This document shows positions 49,238 to 62,720 of a stretch of 64,000 nucleotides of DNA, in pieces; the stretch's first letter is position 1, and every line of letters starts with the position of its first letter. The DNA comes from Octopus sinensis (lineage: Eukaryota). The notes below the pieces were generated by a model. The model was not told where the DNA came from. It did no database searches and saw nothing but the letters and a program-made list of their open reading frames with translations. The DNA is taken from NCBI RefSeq assembly GCF_006345805.1, contig NC_043000.1:38006001-38070000 (forward strand). The letters are read 5' to 3'. Made by a program: the position numbers and the translations under genes.

Positions 49238-50150
49238 ACACACACAACACACACACATACACACACAGATAGATAGATAGATAAATAGATAGAAGATAGA
49301 TAGTTGGAATTTACAGAAAAGCAAAAGACGAAGACAGGTGTATAAACAACAAACAGGTGCATTAGTTTAACGCTTGGGAAGGTGAGAAAGTCTTTTGCGT
49401 CTCGAGTCTACGCTATTCAACAGAAAGGAACATGAAGGAATAAACAGAGAGAGAATAAAAAAAACTTTTGGAATTAGCGGATCAATCATGGCGGCTGGCT
49501 GGACAGAGGTAGTTAGAAAGGAGAGCTAGGAAGAAGGGGAGATAATAAAGTATTGGTGATCCCAAATGAAGGGTCACGTGCATGTGTATGTGAGGGTATG
49601 TACGTGTGTGCGTGTGGATAGGGGCTGGAAACTTTGACGTGTGTATGTGTGCGTCTGCAATGCGTGTATGTGTGCGTGGATGATGGTGTAGATGCTGAGA
49701 AGTGTTCAGTGCTAGTTTATGCGGGGTGGTGTGATGTGGCATGGTGGTTTGTAATGTGGTATGGTGTTGGGGTGGCAGGATGTGTGTGGTGGTGTGTTGT
49801 GTAGGGTGGGTGCTGGGAAGTGATCAGTGCTAGTGTGTACAGGGTAGTGAGATGTGATGTGGTGGTGTGACGGCGTTAGGGTGTGGGGATGCGAGGGTGC
49901 GAGGGTGCGGTTTTGGTATTTGAGGGTGGGGTGTGGGCTTGGGGTAAGGATGTGGGGTTAGGGGTAGAGTATGTGGGAGTGGGATGTGTGGGGTTCGGTG
50001 GAGTGGTGGGGGGTATGTGTAGGGGTATGGTGTTGATGGAGAGGGTAACGATGAAGGGAGAAGGTGGGTAGGAGTGATGAGAAGAAGTAGGTGTGAGATT
50101 AAGATTGGAGAGGAGGGGGGGTCAGATGAAGAGGGGAGAGGAGATGAGCT
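48905..50150 (-). mobile_element. ORF-less Penelope 3' end: low-complexity UTR plus two tandem hammerhead-bearing repeats (48905-49090, 49307-49490)
   Basis: Same layout as 39308-40330 (purine tract, GT-rich tract, terminal repeat). Hammerhead-like motifs at 48997-49032 (CTGTCGA) and 49392-49427 (CTGTTGA, decayed stems). Confidence 0.75.
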
Positions 50151-50520
50151 CTTATATACATATATATATATTATATATATATATATAATATATATATAAT
50201 ATATAAATAAATGAAAGAATAAACACATAGCCATTAATGCAGTTATATACATACACACACATAGGCACTCATTCACAAAAGAAAACAACAAAATCACCAT
50301 TCATTTGACCTGCACCCTTTTACCTTCCTATTCTTAGGTCTCTCTCCTCCAACCTTGTTTGAACCCTTGAACCTTCTAGAATCTTCTACATTCAACCATT
50401 TTTGACGTCACTGCTTATAACGGAATATTAAAAAAAAAAACACTCATTATCGCTATGGGCTCCGTGTGGGCAGGCATCTAAAAATGTCTGTGCATCTTGA
50501 TGCTAACATAAGTTCCTCAC

Positions 50521-50603
50521 TTTTCCTGATGAGAAGGCGGCATAATGCACCCCTTATTCCTTCGAAATTAGGAATATGCAGCCTTCGAAACATATGTCGA
50601 AAA
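50521..50603 (+). ncRNA. Canonical type-I hammerhead ribozyme with extended stem II
   Basis: TTTTC-CTGATGA-GAAGGC-(42 nt including hairpin TATTCCT/AGGAATA)-GCCTTC-GAAA-C-ATAT-GT-C-GAAAA; predicted cut 3' of C50598. Confidence 0.9.
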
Positions 50604-50813
50604 TAAAATAAAGGAATTTTGTTAATTCGTCGTTCAACTCTATTCTATCATTTATTTGGATTTAAAAAAAACACACAAATTTCCACACGATAGCACGTGA
50701 TCTCGGCTCTAGGCATGTAGCTTCAACTGTGTTTTTCTGACGTGAATTTGCTACCCAGGTATCGGTTAACCGAATTATCCATAATAAGATAATTCATTCA
50801 ACTACACTATTAT

Positions 50814-50851
<38 letters not shown>

Positions 50852-51029
50852 CACGTGTATCTTTGTATTTATATATGTATGTATTTAAGTATGTATATGT
50901 GTATGTACACACACACACGCAATCACACACGCACATATAAAACTCAATTTACATAGGGGATAATAAGAAAACTATTCCTATAAGAGCTTTAAATATCCTC
51001 ACAGTGAATATATATATACATCGAAATAT

Positions 51030-51066
<37 letters not shown>

Positions 51067-51260
51067 GTTAATCCAAAGCACAAAAAACACAACAACGCGA
51101 GGATGTGGAACAAATATGGTATTATTAGACGCTCAGGAAAGAAGAAAAGAAGGAGGGCTTAACGTTTCGAGCGGAGCTCTTTGTCGGAAACATAGGAGAA
51201 GGAAAGATCCAGAGAAGAGAAGACAGAGGAAAAAAAATCGCCAACGGTACACACGCGGTC
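51067..51260 (-). mobile_element. Penelope-type terminal repeat (second subfamily) with hammerhead-like motif at 51157-51191
   Basis: Reverse complement: GTTT-CCGACAA-A-GAGC-TCC-GCTC-GAAA-CGT-T-AAGC. A downstream-only fragment of the same family lies near 3315-3370. Confidence 0.6.
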
Positions 51261-51306
51261 ATGCATACATACATACATACATACATACATACATACATAC
51301 ATACAT

Positions 51307-51352
<46 letters not shown>

Positions 51353-51574
51353 GTATATATATATAATTATAACACACTGGGTTATTGTTCTCGGAGATTT
51401 TAAGGTGGTAATGGTTTTATTTGGCGTCTATATTCCTGCGCGTGGAAGGCTTATAGCCAGTCCCTTGTTATGATTATGTATGTAATCATTAAAATATTTG
51501 TAAAATTTACCTTTAAGGTTTTTATTTTCGCGCTGACTCCCTGCTAAAATCATTAATGATTTTTACCCTTTATG

Positions 51575-51611
<37 letters not shown>

Positions 51612-52494
51612 TGATGTATTATATATGTATGCACACAGAGAGGATGCCCTTGTATTAAAGCTATCTGACGGTAAAATGTTATTTAACAACCGTTGTGTCA
51701 TCCTGTAAGCGTCGATGCTTGAATGAAGATTGCCAATTGCTCTCTTCAACAACTGCAATTATTAAGATGAATGGACAGATAACTGTGTGCGTGTGCGCGT
51801 GTGTGTCTGTGTGTCTGTGTGTCTGAGAACTGACTGAAAGTGGATTTATAGAATACGATTGAAAAACATATTAAGCAATAGATATAAAAAAGATTAAGAC
51901 AGCCTGCGGGCAGAAATGTAAGCAAGCCAGGATTAGTAGCATTCCATCTGATTTTACGTTCTGAAGTCGATTTTACCTTTCATCATATCGAGTTCGATAC
52001 AATAAGTACCAGGTAAATAGTGCTGGGGCGGCAATATCGATTTCCTTTCTCCCCGCAAATGGCTGGTCTTGTACCAAAATCCAAGCCCACGATTCGCAAA
52101 GCGATTTCTCATTGAATGTATATTGCCTCCTCCACCTCCTCTCTCTCTCCTTCTCTCACATCCTCTCCTTCTGTTTTTCTCTCTAACCTAAGTGTCTTCT
52201 GCTGCCATCTTAGCTCTACCTTTATTTTTAATTTATCTCCGCCCAAAATATACTGTCGATTGTTACCGGCACTACGCTCATATGTGTATGTATGAGGTAT
52301 GTATGTGCATGTATGTATGTATGTATGTATGTATGTATGTATGCATGTATGTATGTATGTATGTATGTATATATGTATCTATGCATGTATCTATTTATGT
52401 ATGCTTGTATATTTGCATGTAATATATACATATATATATGTATACATACTATATATATATATATATATATACACGCACACATATATATATACAC

Positions 52495-52541
<47 letters not shown>

Positions 52542-52686
52542 AATTAGGGTTCAGCAAAATTGCTTTACCATACACCGAACTTTTAGAAATAGCAGCCAAA
52601 GAATTTAGCTATTCCTCTACTTAAGAAGAGTCTCCCAGATAATGTATACTCAAAAACATCACACGTAGGTATAGAGGTATTGTGTG

Positions 52687-52723
<37 letters not shown>

Positions 52724-53444
52724 TTACATACATACTACATAAATATATATAATATATATATTTATTTATATATATACTTACATACATGTATATATATATA
52801 CAGACACATATAGGTGCGTATGTATAGCAAATTGTATGTAGGTATTTAGTAAAACTACAGGCGGTGTATAACAGTACATTTCGCCCCACCCCTTTTACAT
52901 TCGTTAAGAATAGTTAAAAAGTGTTGTATAGCTGACCTAATGATTATAAACCATAGGCATTGTGAGTCATTTTATTAGTGTGAAAATACAGACAACCTAT
53001 TAATTCATTTAATAACAAATAGATCGATAGTTCAGATCAAGCTGCTGAATCGTATTTATCCCAAATGAAAATTAAGAAAATCTGCAAGAAATATCTTGAT
53101 AACATATACACTATTAGAGCTGACATCTTAAGAGATGAAAATATTATTACTAACGCTGTTTCTTTCTGTTTGTTTGCTGATGTGAGCGTTAAGTTTGCTA
53201 CAGTAAAGAAAAGGAATACGGAGGAATGGAGAAGCAGCGAGTGAAAGAGAGGAAGATTATGTATGGAAAGATATAGAGGTAAACGTGTAAAAAGAGAGTA
53301 AGAGACATTGTGGTGAGGAGCGAGAGGGAATGAGTAAAAGTGCTAGAGAGAAAGAGTAAATAATATGGGAGAGAAAACTAGAGGAGTGAATGAAAGAGAA
53401 AGACAGTGAAGGCAAGGGTAACAGAACTGAGCAATTGCAAAGAG

Positions 53445-53476
<32 letters not shown>

Positions 53477-54592
53477 GGGGGGAGAGAGAGAGACACACAC
53501 ACCATGAGAGAGAGAGGAAGCAAGAAGATTTCGTATGAAGAAGGTTCTGCATTGAGTTAAAAAGGAAAAATCAATTTCTCTTTGACTCTGATCTTTCATC
53601 TTCGAGGCACTTCTGGCGGTTATTTTTCTTTGATTGCTTTTCACTAATAAGAGAATACAGAAGCAATGTTATTCAAAGCCGTTGAAGCATTCACATCTAT
53701 TGAACCAAAGTTGCGCAAAGGAAACTTAATTTGACGAGAGGTTGGGCCCGTCAAAACGTGAGATGCAGTGTTGCGAGCCCAGGGAAATAACATCTTGCAA
53801 CGTTAAGAAAACTTCTGTCGAGTTATTATCCTCTATAGGGAGTGAAATAATTTACTACACCCGTGAAACTTTACGTATTATCACCAGCAATAAAACAATA
53901 AACTAATTTTATAAAGTACTAAAAGCAAAAAGCTCCGTATATCTCCCAGTTGGGTTCTTTCTTTTAACTAGGTGTACTACACTCTGCTGTAAAGGGTTGC
54001 TAATAAAGACATTCCCAGGAGAAGAGGCATTGCACTACGTACGAACTGTTCAGAAGACCAGACTAAGTAATATGGTAAACAACGTCCAACAAATAGATTG
54101 ATCAAAGAAATGAAAGTTTTAATCTTAAATTTGTTTGCGTCAGAGAAAAAATAATCGATAGAGACTGTACAAGACGAAATTCTTTCCTGAAATATATCAT
54201 CCCTAGACAATTATGCATTTTCACATTTATTGTAGAGTTTTCTTTCTCATGTTAACGGAGTTTATTCATTTTAAATTTTGCTGGAAAAAAAATAAAAAAG
54301 GTTAAGAAATTAGATTTCTTTTAATGCCAGGCCAAACAAAATAACATTCCGTTTCTATGAATGTTTGGAAGTCCGTTGTTGTGAATAATCTGTATCAGCA
54401 AAATATATTTAAAAATAGCTGTAATAAATGTTGGCTTTTTTAATTATTAAAGCCTTCAAAAAGCGTTGAAGATATTTCAAATTCCCCTTCAGAAGAACTG
54501 ATTTGCTTGCCGCTGGTTAATTAAAATAGCAATAAGTTAGTTTATTTTGTTTTGAAACGGACATCAGCAACTAGATAGTATTTTTTCAGCTT

Positions 54593-55343
54593 GGCAGTAT
54601 TTCGTCCGTATTCGCGTTCTGTGTTCAAAATCCACCAAGGTCGACTTTGCCTTTCATTTTTTCGGGGTCGATAAAATTGATACCAGTTGAATACTGGGGT
54701 TAACATAATCGACTAGCTCCCACCTCGGAATTTTCGATATTGTGTCAAAATTTCAAATCTATATTTCATATGGTTGAGTTCAAGATATTCGGTTTATTAA
54801 CCTATATCGAACGATAACCATTACACTAACCTACAGATTACTTGGTTGTTCCGGAACAATTTTATACCAGTAATAAAAATTTGTTGTTCTAATTTCAGTA
54901 ACGGCCTAAGCCTCAGTGGAACCGTGTCACTGACCAGGTAGCAGCTGGTGCGACGAAAAATTTTGATACCAAATAAATGTTTGAATGCAATTAATAATTT
55001 TTGTGTGGTTTTGACTGACTAATATTTATTTTCACACTCTATTAATAACCTAAAAATTCACCTGAAATTCATTAACGACTTTTATAATTCCTTTTCTTTT
55101 ACTTGTTTCAGTCATTTGACAGCGCCCATGCTGGAGCATCGCCTTGAAGATGTTTTAGTCGAACGAATCGACTCTAGTACTTATTTTAAATCCTGAAAGT
55201 TAATTCATCGATCTTTTACAGAACCACTAAATTACGAGGACGTAAATACATTAACAATGGTTGTCAAGCGATGGTAGGAGGGGCAATCACACACACACAC
55301 ACATAGATACATACATGCATACATATATACACCCACTCACACA

Positions 55344-55374
<31 letters not shown>

Positions 55375-56540
55375 GCGTATGTATGTGTGTGCGTATCTTT
55401 GTGTCTATGTTTGTCTCCCCGACCACGTCTTGATAACCGGCGTTGGTGTGTTTACGTCTCTGTAACGTAGCGGTTCGGTAATAGAATAATTACTGCCTAT
55501 CATCCTTTCGTTAATTAAATTTGTTCACTGTATGTGAATAACATAATGAATATACAAACAATTGAAAATATCACGTGTCACAGTCACATGTCTAAATTAC
55601 AAGCAGACTTATCTTAAAGAATCACACCAACATTTTAAAATTATTTTCTTCCTTAAAAAAAAAGTACTGTAGTCGATGCATTCAACAAAAAAATTATTCT
55701 TCATGGCAGTGCACCAGTATGGCCGCAGACAAATGACTGTGACATTTAAAGGATAAGAGATTAAGCAATTAGAAGTTTATTCGCTGTACACTTTTTACAC
55801 ATCTATTGACCTTTCAGTGCAGTTAAACACGCAGACCGTTTTAAGATGGCGGTCCACAAAACTGGAAACTTTCATTGGCCGTTAAATATAAATTTACAGA
55901 AAACTCACCTTGCCGTACCAAGATCTTTTGTAGGAAACCTTAACGATCCACTTCGACCATACGAAGCTGTTCAGCTGTTTTAGTGCGCTCATCCCTACTG
56001 CAAAGCCTGTGGAAGATATACCTTTGTTATCGTTAAGCGCAGGAAAAATATTGCGTTGTCTTTAAACTGATTGTAAATGTGGTTCACAGATATCATTATC
56101 AGATTTAGAGTTTGAGATAGTGAGCTGAAAGAATCGTTAGCACGCCGGACAAAAGGCTCAGCGGTATTTCGTCTGTCTTAACGTTCTGAATTCAAATTCC
56201 GCCGAGGTCGACTTTGCCATTCATCCTTTCGGGGTTGATAAATTAAGTACCAGTTGCGTACTGGGGTCGATATAATCGACTGGCTCCCTCCCCCAAAATT
56301 TCAGGCCTTGTGCCTAGAGTAGAAAAGAAAAGTTAACATGCCGGACAAAATGTCTTGCGTTTTTGTTTTTGTTTTTGTCCGTCTTTACGTACTGAGTTCA
56401 AATTTCGTCGATGTCGACTTTGACTTTGATCCTTCTGGGGTAGATAAAATAAGTACCAGTTGCGTATTGGGTGGATGTAATCGATTTACTCCTTTCCCGT
56501 AAAATTTCTAGCTTTATCTCGGAATTTGAAATCATTATTA
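54593..56540 (+). mobile_element. SINE cluster: family B at 54593-54760, 56120-56326 and 56335-56540 (+); family A halves at 55095-55290 (-) and 55395-55480 (+)
   Basis: Family B core gtcgactttgcc(t/a)ttcatcctttcgggg and family A tail motifs. The interval also contains unique sequence. Confidence 0.8.
55909..56006 (-). other. Candidate exon of an unidentified gene (98 nt)
   Basis: Acceptor tatatcttccacag|, donor AAG|gtgagt, one open frame (FAVGMSALKQLNSFVWSKWIVKVSYKRSWYGK). No homology recognised. Confidence 0.35.
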
Positions 56541-56596
56541 AGATATAGACTTAAGAGTGCGAACTAACAAAATCGATAGCACGCCGGACGATATAC

Positions 56597-57109
56597 TAAA
56601 ATATACGAAGCCCAGCAATCCCACCATGACTACCCGTCTGATAAGGGTGCACTAGGCACATGCACCACAACCATATGTGCGCGACATGATGATCTCATAT
56701 CAAGATAAACAGCACATGACTTTGCAGGTGAGGCCCAGTTAGAATTTTCTTCTGGTCGAGTAATCCATCCCGCTCAAAAGGTCCCTGAATAAGGGTTATT
56801 TAAGGATGTTGAAAGAACCACCCATGTTTCCAGAGATGAATTATTCAAACCCCTAAGAATCCCTCAAAATACATGGCTATGATGCTCCCCACTACTTTTG
56901 CTCGTGATCAGAGATGCACATATCGTCAGCCACTAAGGGACATGCTCAACTGGTTAAGGTCAAACAACTGACAAGCAAATCTGTGGTATTGAGCAGAATA
57001 TTTACTGTAGCCCATCTTTTATACCAAGACAAAATAATGTACATGATAACACTTCCAATGAGTTAAGATCAGAAGCAACGAGAGACACTGTCTGGTACTG
57101 CATCAGGGC

Positions 57110-57114
<5 letters not shown>
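56597..57114 (-). mobile_element. 556-bp non-coding repeat, copy 2 (about 40 bp short at its 3' end)
   Basis: Colinear with 36159-36714 and shares the same boundary ...catcagggcattta. Confidence 0.8.
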
Positions 57115-57151
<37 letters not shown>

Positions 57152-57227
57152 GATTCTTCTTCTTCTTCTTCTTCTTCTTCTTCTTCTTCTTCTTCTTCTT
57201 CTTCTTCTTCTTTTTCTTCTTCTTCTT

Positions 57228-57258
<31 letters not shown>

Positions 57259-57332
57259 TTATTATTATTATTATCAGATCATCATCATCATCATCATCAT
57301 CAATCATCATCATATTATTATTATATTAATTA

Positions 57333-57385
<53 letters not shown>

Positions 57386-57555
57386 ATTATTATTATTATG
57401 ATTATCAACATTATTATTATTATTATTATATTATTATTAATTATTATTATTAACTATTATTATTATTATTGTTATTATTATTATTATTATTAATTATTAT
57501 TATTATCATTATTATTATCATTATTATTATCATTATTATTATTATTATTATTATT
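57115..57555. repeat. Compound (TTA)n/(CTT)n/(CAT)n/(TTA)n microsatellite
   Basis: Directly visible in the sequence. Confidence 0.95.
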
Positions 57556-58696
57556 TGTTTGACTTCTGCTTTGTAGTTGTATTAGTTGGCTCCAAGTCTC
57601 ACCCAGAGACCTCAAGTGACAAGTTAGAAGTTCATGTTGGTATTACGCCTAGAGTGCCATATATTTGGTTTTGTACATAGTGTTGTTCTAGAGAATGTTT
57701 AAGAAAACATAATAAAATTTTATTTTTGGTTTAAAATTTGAGATTATATAGAAAGTATTTTGCATAGGATATGGGCAGTTCCCATGAGCACTGTCTTTTG
57801 AATTTCTGCCATTTTTGGGTTTCCTCGTTTCTGTGCTAGGTAGGAATCAGCCCCTTTTTCTACCATTCCCAGGGCACCTATGACAACAGGTGTTGTTTTA
57901 GTCTTCAGGTTCCACATTTTGCCAATTTCATTTGAAGATCTTTATAATTGCTCAGTTTTTGGTAGGTCTTGACAGATACATTTATATCGATTGGGACAGT
58001 CATATCAATGAGGAGGCATGATTTTTATCTGAAGTCTTTCAATATGATGTCTGGCCTATTCGCATCTATCTTTTTGTCAGTTTGAATGGTGAAGTTCCAG
58101 AGGAGGGAGATGCGGTCATTTTCAAGGACTGGAGGTGGTTTGTGTTCCTACCAGTTTTTTTCATGGGGCAAATCCAGGTTTTTGGAGATTACCCAGTGAA
58201 TATATTGTGCAGTTCTATCATGCCTGTTGAGATACTCTGTAGGCGCTAGAAGACTGCACTTGGAGACAACATGATCACTGGTTTCATTTTGTTGCTGACA
58301 TACACGACATGTTGGGCAGCTGCCGTTCTTTAATATATTGACCTGGTAGTTCCTTGTAGGTAGGCATTGATCTTGGGCTGCTATGATAAACCCTTCTGTT
58401 TCAGATTTTAAGCCAGAGGCCATTAGCCATTGATGGGTCAGGGTTTTGTCAACATCTGCATTATTCGCTCTCTTTGGGTATTTGCCACTGAGAGGTTTTT
58501 CTTGCCATTTATCAGTCAGAATATCTAAGGCAGCAGTTTTAGCACGGGTTTTCACGCGCTTAGCTTTTTCTGCGCTTGTTTCTAGTACGTCTAATTCTGG
58601 GATTTGTTGTATTTGGAATTCACTTAGATATTCCTTTGCCTGTTTTGTTACTGAGTATGATCCTTTCTTGTTTGCATGCTCTGAGACAAGTTTCAA

Positions 58697-58697
<1 letters not shown>
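57556..58697 (-). mobile_element. R4/Dong-type LINE 3' fragment (CCHC + REL endonuclease)
   Basis: WQEKPLSGKY, ETEGFIIAAQDQCLPTRNY, CRVCQQQNETSDHVVSKC, RHD, VIGALG...QKTVLMGTAHIL..ILSI* (stop at 57744). Flanked by TTA/CAT tracts. Confidence 0.9.
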
Positions 58698-58727
<30 letters not shown>

Positions 58728-58756
58728 GTTATTGTTGTTATTATTATTATATTTTA

Positions 58757-58790
<34 letters not shown>

Positions 58791-58804
58791 CGTTTTCGCC
58801 CGTC

Positions 58805-58955
58805 GCTAAGCTCTGAGTTCCAATTCCGTTGAGATCGACTTTGCCTTTCATCCTTTCGGGATCGATTAAATATGTACCAGTTACGCACTAGGGTCAATGT
58901 AATCGGCTTAACCCCCTCTTCCAAGCTGTCCTTGTGGCAAAGATTTGAAATCATC
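58805..58955 (+). mobile_element. SINE family B fragment
   Basis: ctctgagttccaattccgttgagatcgactttgcctttcatcctttcgggatcgattaaatatgtaccagttacgcac. Confidence 0.78.
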
Positions 58956-59329
58956 ATTAATAAAAGCACATAGATATCTTTCATAAATAGCTAACTTCCC
59001 ATCCGTTTAATATATGGCCAAACAGTAAAGTTTTCTGTCAGACACAACGACAAGTCTGCAATGTAAGATCAACGACTGACCCACGTTATACCGTCCACTC
59101 GGCCACTTTTGTATCTCCATTGCATTCAGCTCTATCTTAACTACTATAATCATAATATAGACTGTCTATTGAAAGACAAGCTTTTAACATGAAGTTTGAT
59201 TAATAGAAAAATTTTGACATTGATATAAACATTTGTAAAATTCCTGCGAAACACACGTGCCACCATTGCGAAAACTGCATAATCAATCAAACACCGCAGT
59301 GTACATATGTATGTGTATATGTGTTTGTA

Positions 59330-59416
59330 AGTATATATATATATATGCATATATATATATATATATACAATATATATATATATATATATAATGTAGAGTG
59401 TGTGTGTGTATATATA

Positions 59417-59454
<38 letters not shown>

Positions 59455-59467
59455 TATATTATATATG

Positions 59468-59498
<31 letters not shown>

Positions 59499-59503
59499 TA
59501 TAT

Positions 59504-59541
<38 letters not shown>

Positions 59542-59786
59542 CATACATAAACATATCAGCGCTTACAACATGTCTGCGGATATATGCAAACACGTATATA
59601 CATATATACATCTAATCATATACTTGTAAAGCCGCTCAGAAACACACACACACACATACATATATACCTTTGTATGTCTATATGTGTGTGTGTCTGTTCG
59701 TGGATGAATATATATATATCATCTATTATATGTATGTTTGAATATATATAAATTCAATAGACACATATGTACATTATACATACATC

Positions 59787-59818
<32 letters not shown>

Positions 59819-59871
59819 TATATTATATATATATATAATATATATATGTATGTATGTATATATATATATTG

Positions 59872-59942
<71 letters not shown>

Positions 59943-60156
59943 CATACACACACACAGACACACACACACAGTGACAGACAGGCAGGCATATAGAATGAAA
60001 CAGAGAGTGAGAAAGTGAGAGGCAAGTTAAATAGTTATTCCTGTTCATATATATTTACCGACGTCGAATAAATCGTATAATTTCAGAGACACAGCTCGCG
60101 AAACCTAAATCTTTGCGTATAGGTGTACGTGGGTACATACGGACGCGCGTCACACG

Positions 60157-60192
<36 letters not shown>

Positions 60193-60549
60193 TACACACA
60201 TACACACACACAAACACACACACACATACACACGCACACACACACACACCTAAATATGTGTATGCATGCACATACGCCGTACACATGTATATTGTATATG
60301 TATGTATGCATGTATGTATGTATGTATATATGTATGTTTGTGTTTGAACGTGTGTTTAAATCCAAATGTATATGTTGTGATGTGTATGTGTGTATGGCTA
60401 ATTGGTAAACGTGTTTATAAAGCTGCGAGATCGAGCATAAACGAAGTTGATCTAAATTAATTCAATAACTGGCTTTCAAAGTGATCAATTATTGATGTCC
60501 TCTATCACATCATTAACAAATGTAACACAGGGAAGCCTCCAGATAGACG

Positions 60550-60594
<45 letters not shown>

Positions 60595-61006
60595 GCACAC
60601 ACATACAAAGATACGTATATATACATACAAATACACATACACACAAGCATACATGCATACATAGAAACACATAGATGCCCACATACACGCACGTACATAC
60701 ATTACATAGATACATGCATACATGCATGTGCATATAGATGCATAAATATACGCATGCATATATATATACATATTGCTACATTCATATGCACCGATGCAGA
60801 AGCATGTATTATGCAAGAATGTAGATACCAAAACATACGAAGATGCAGTAATAAACGCAAGTATTAGCGTACTAATCCCCACACACGCACACACTCACAC
60901 ACACACACACAATCACACACACACACACACACAATCACACGCTCACACGCACGCACATGCATGCACACATACATATAGGTATATCTGTATATATGTGTAG
61001 GTAGTC

Positions 61007-61061
<55 letters not shown>

Positions 61062-61432
61062 ATCGCAATGGCCCAGTGGTTAGGGCAGCAGACTGGCGGT
61101 CGTAGGATCGCAGTTTCGCTTTCCAGACCGGGATTTGTGAGTGTTTATTGAGCGAAAACACCTAAAGCACCACGAAGCTCCCGCATGGGGTTGGGGGTGA
61201 ACCCTGCTGTACTCTTTCACCACAACTTTCAGACTTTCTTCCTGTTTCTGCTGTACTTGTATTTCAAACGGTCCAGCCTTGTCACACTATGTAGTCACGC
61301 TGAATCTCCCCGAGAACTACGTTAAGGGTACACGTGTCTGTGGAGTACTCACCACTTGCACGTTTCACAGCAGCAGCTGTTTCGTTGATCGGATCAACTG
61401 GAACCCTCGTCGTCGCAACTGACGGAATACCA

Positions 61433-61476
<44 letters not shown>

Positions 61477-61538
61477 TACACATATATATATATTCTTTCT
61501 CTTTCTCTCTCTCTCCTCTCCATCTGGCCATCTGTCTG

Positions 61539-61603
<65 letters not shown>

Positions 61604-62035
61604 AAACACACATACACACACATGCAGACGCTAACACACACACTAACATATATACACGCACACACCAAAAGACAAAGACACGTACACATACACACGCACA
61701 AGCTCACACCAAGACACAAAATCGCACGCATCAACACATGCGCGAGCACACACACACACATACATACATACGCATATGTATACATACACATACATATACA
61801 TACAAATTCCTTAGAGTTTTCTCTACATTCTCCAGTTCTCTCTCTCTCTCTCTCTCTCTCACTCACACACACACACATATACAAAATTCCCCGCACGCTC
61901 ACACACACGTTTGTGTACGCATATATTTACATACATACACAAAGTGCTGCTGCATTTCTTACACTCTGTCTTGATCAGCATCTTTCTTTCACACACACAC
62001 ACACACACACGAACATGACACACGTAGTCTTTCGT

Positions 62036-62071
<36 letters not shown>

Positions 62072-62720
62072 TTTTCATATGATTTCTTACATTCATGCAG
62101 TTGACACCCATATTCCTATATCGCTTACACACACACCCACATACGCACACATATACACTCATAATGCATACACATATTACACACACACACACACACGTGC
62201 GCGCCCGCACGTACACACATGCACACATACCTACGCACTCACACACACACACAATTTTTGGGCACTGACATACTCTCTCTTCCATAAGCAGTCTTCCTTT
62301 CTTTCTTCCTTTCTTGCTCTCCCCCTTTCTCTCTCCTTCATGTCTCTTGATCAAACACGCAGAGTCACATTTGCACATACTCTCTCTCTCACTCTCACAC
62401 ACACACATGCGCACACACATATCAACACACATTTCACACGCACGCTGTATACACACTCTGACACACTTTTATCCAAACGCACACTGCACTCTACATTCAC
62501 ACACACACACTATGATACACACACACGCACTATTATACACACACACACTTACACACACAGATACACACACACACACATACACACACACACACACATACAC
62601 ACACACACACACACTATGATACACACACACCACACACACACACACATACACACACACACACACACACTATTATACTCAGACACCTACACACACACAAACA
62701 CGCACATTTACACACACAGA
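59330..62720. repeat. Very dense (TA)n, (CA)n, (TATG)n and (CTAT)n simple-repeat region
   Basis: Directly visible; it accounts for the YIYI, HTHT and VCVC ORFs. Similar tracts occur throughout the window. Confidence 0.95.
61065..61433 (+). mobile_element. tRNA-derived SINE, full length
   Basis: gcaatggcccagtggttagggcagc...gaatctccccgagaactacgttaagggtacacgtgtctgtggag...gatcggatcaactggaaccctcgtcgtc. Confidence 0.88.
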
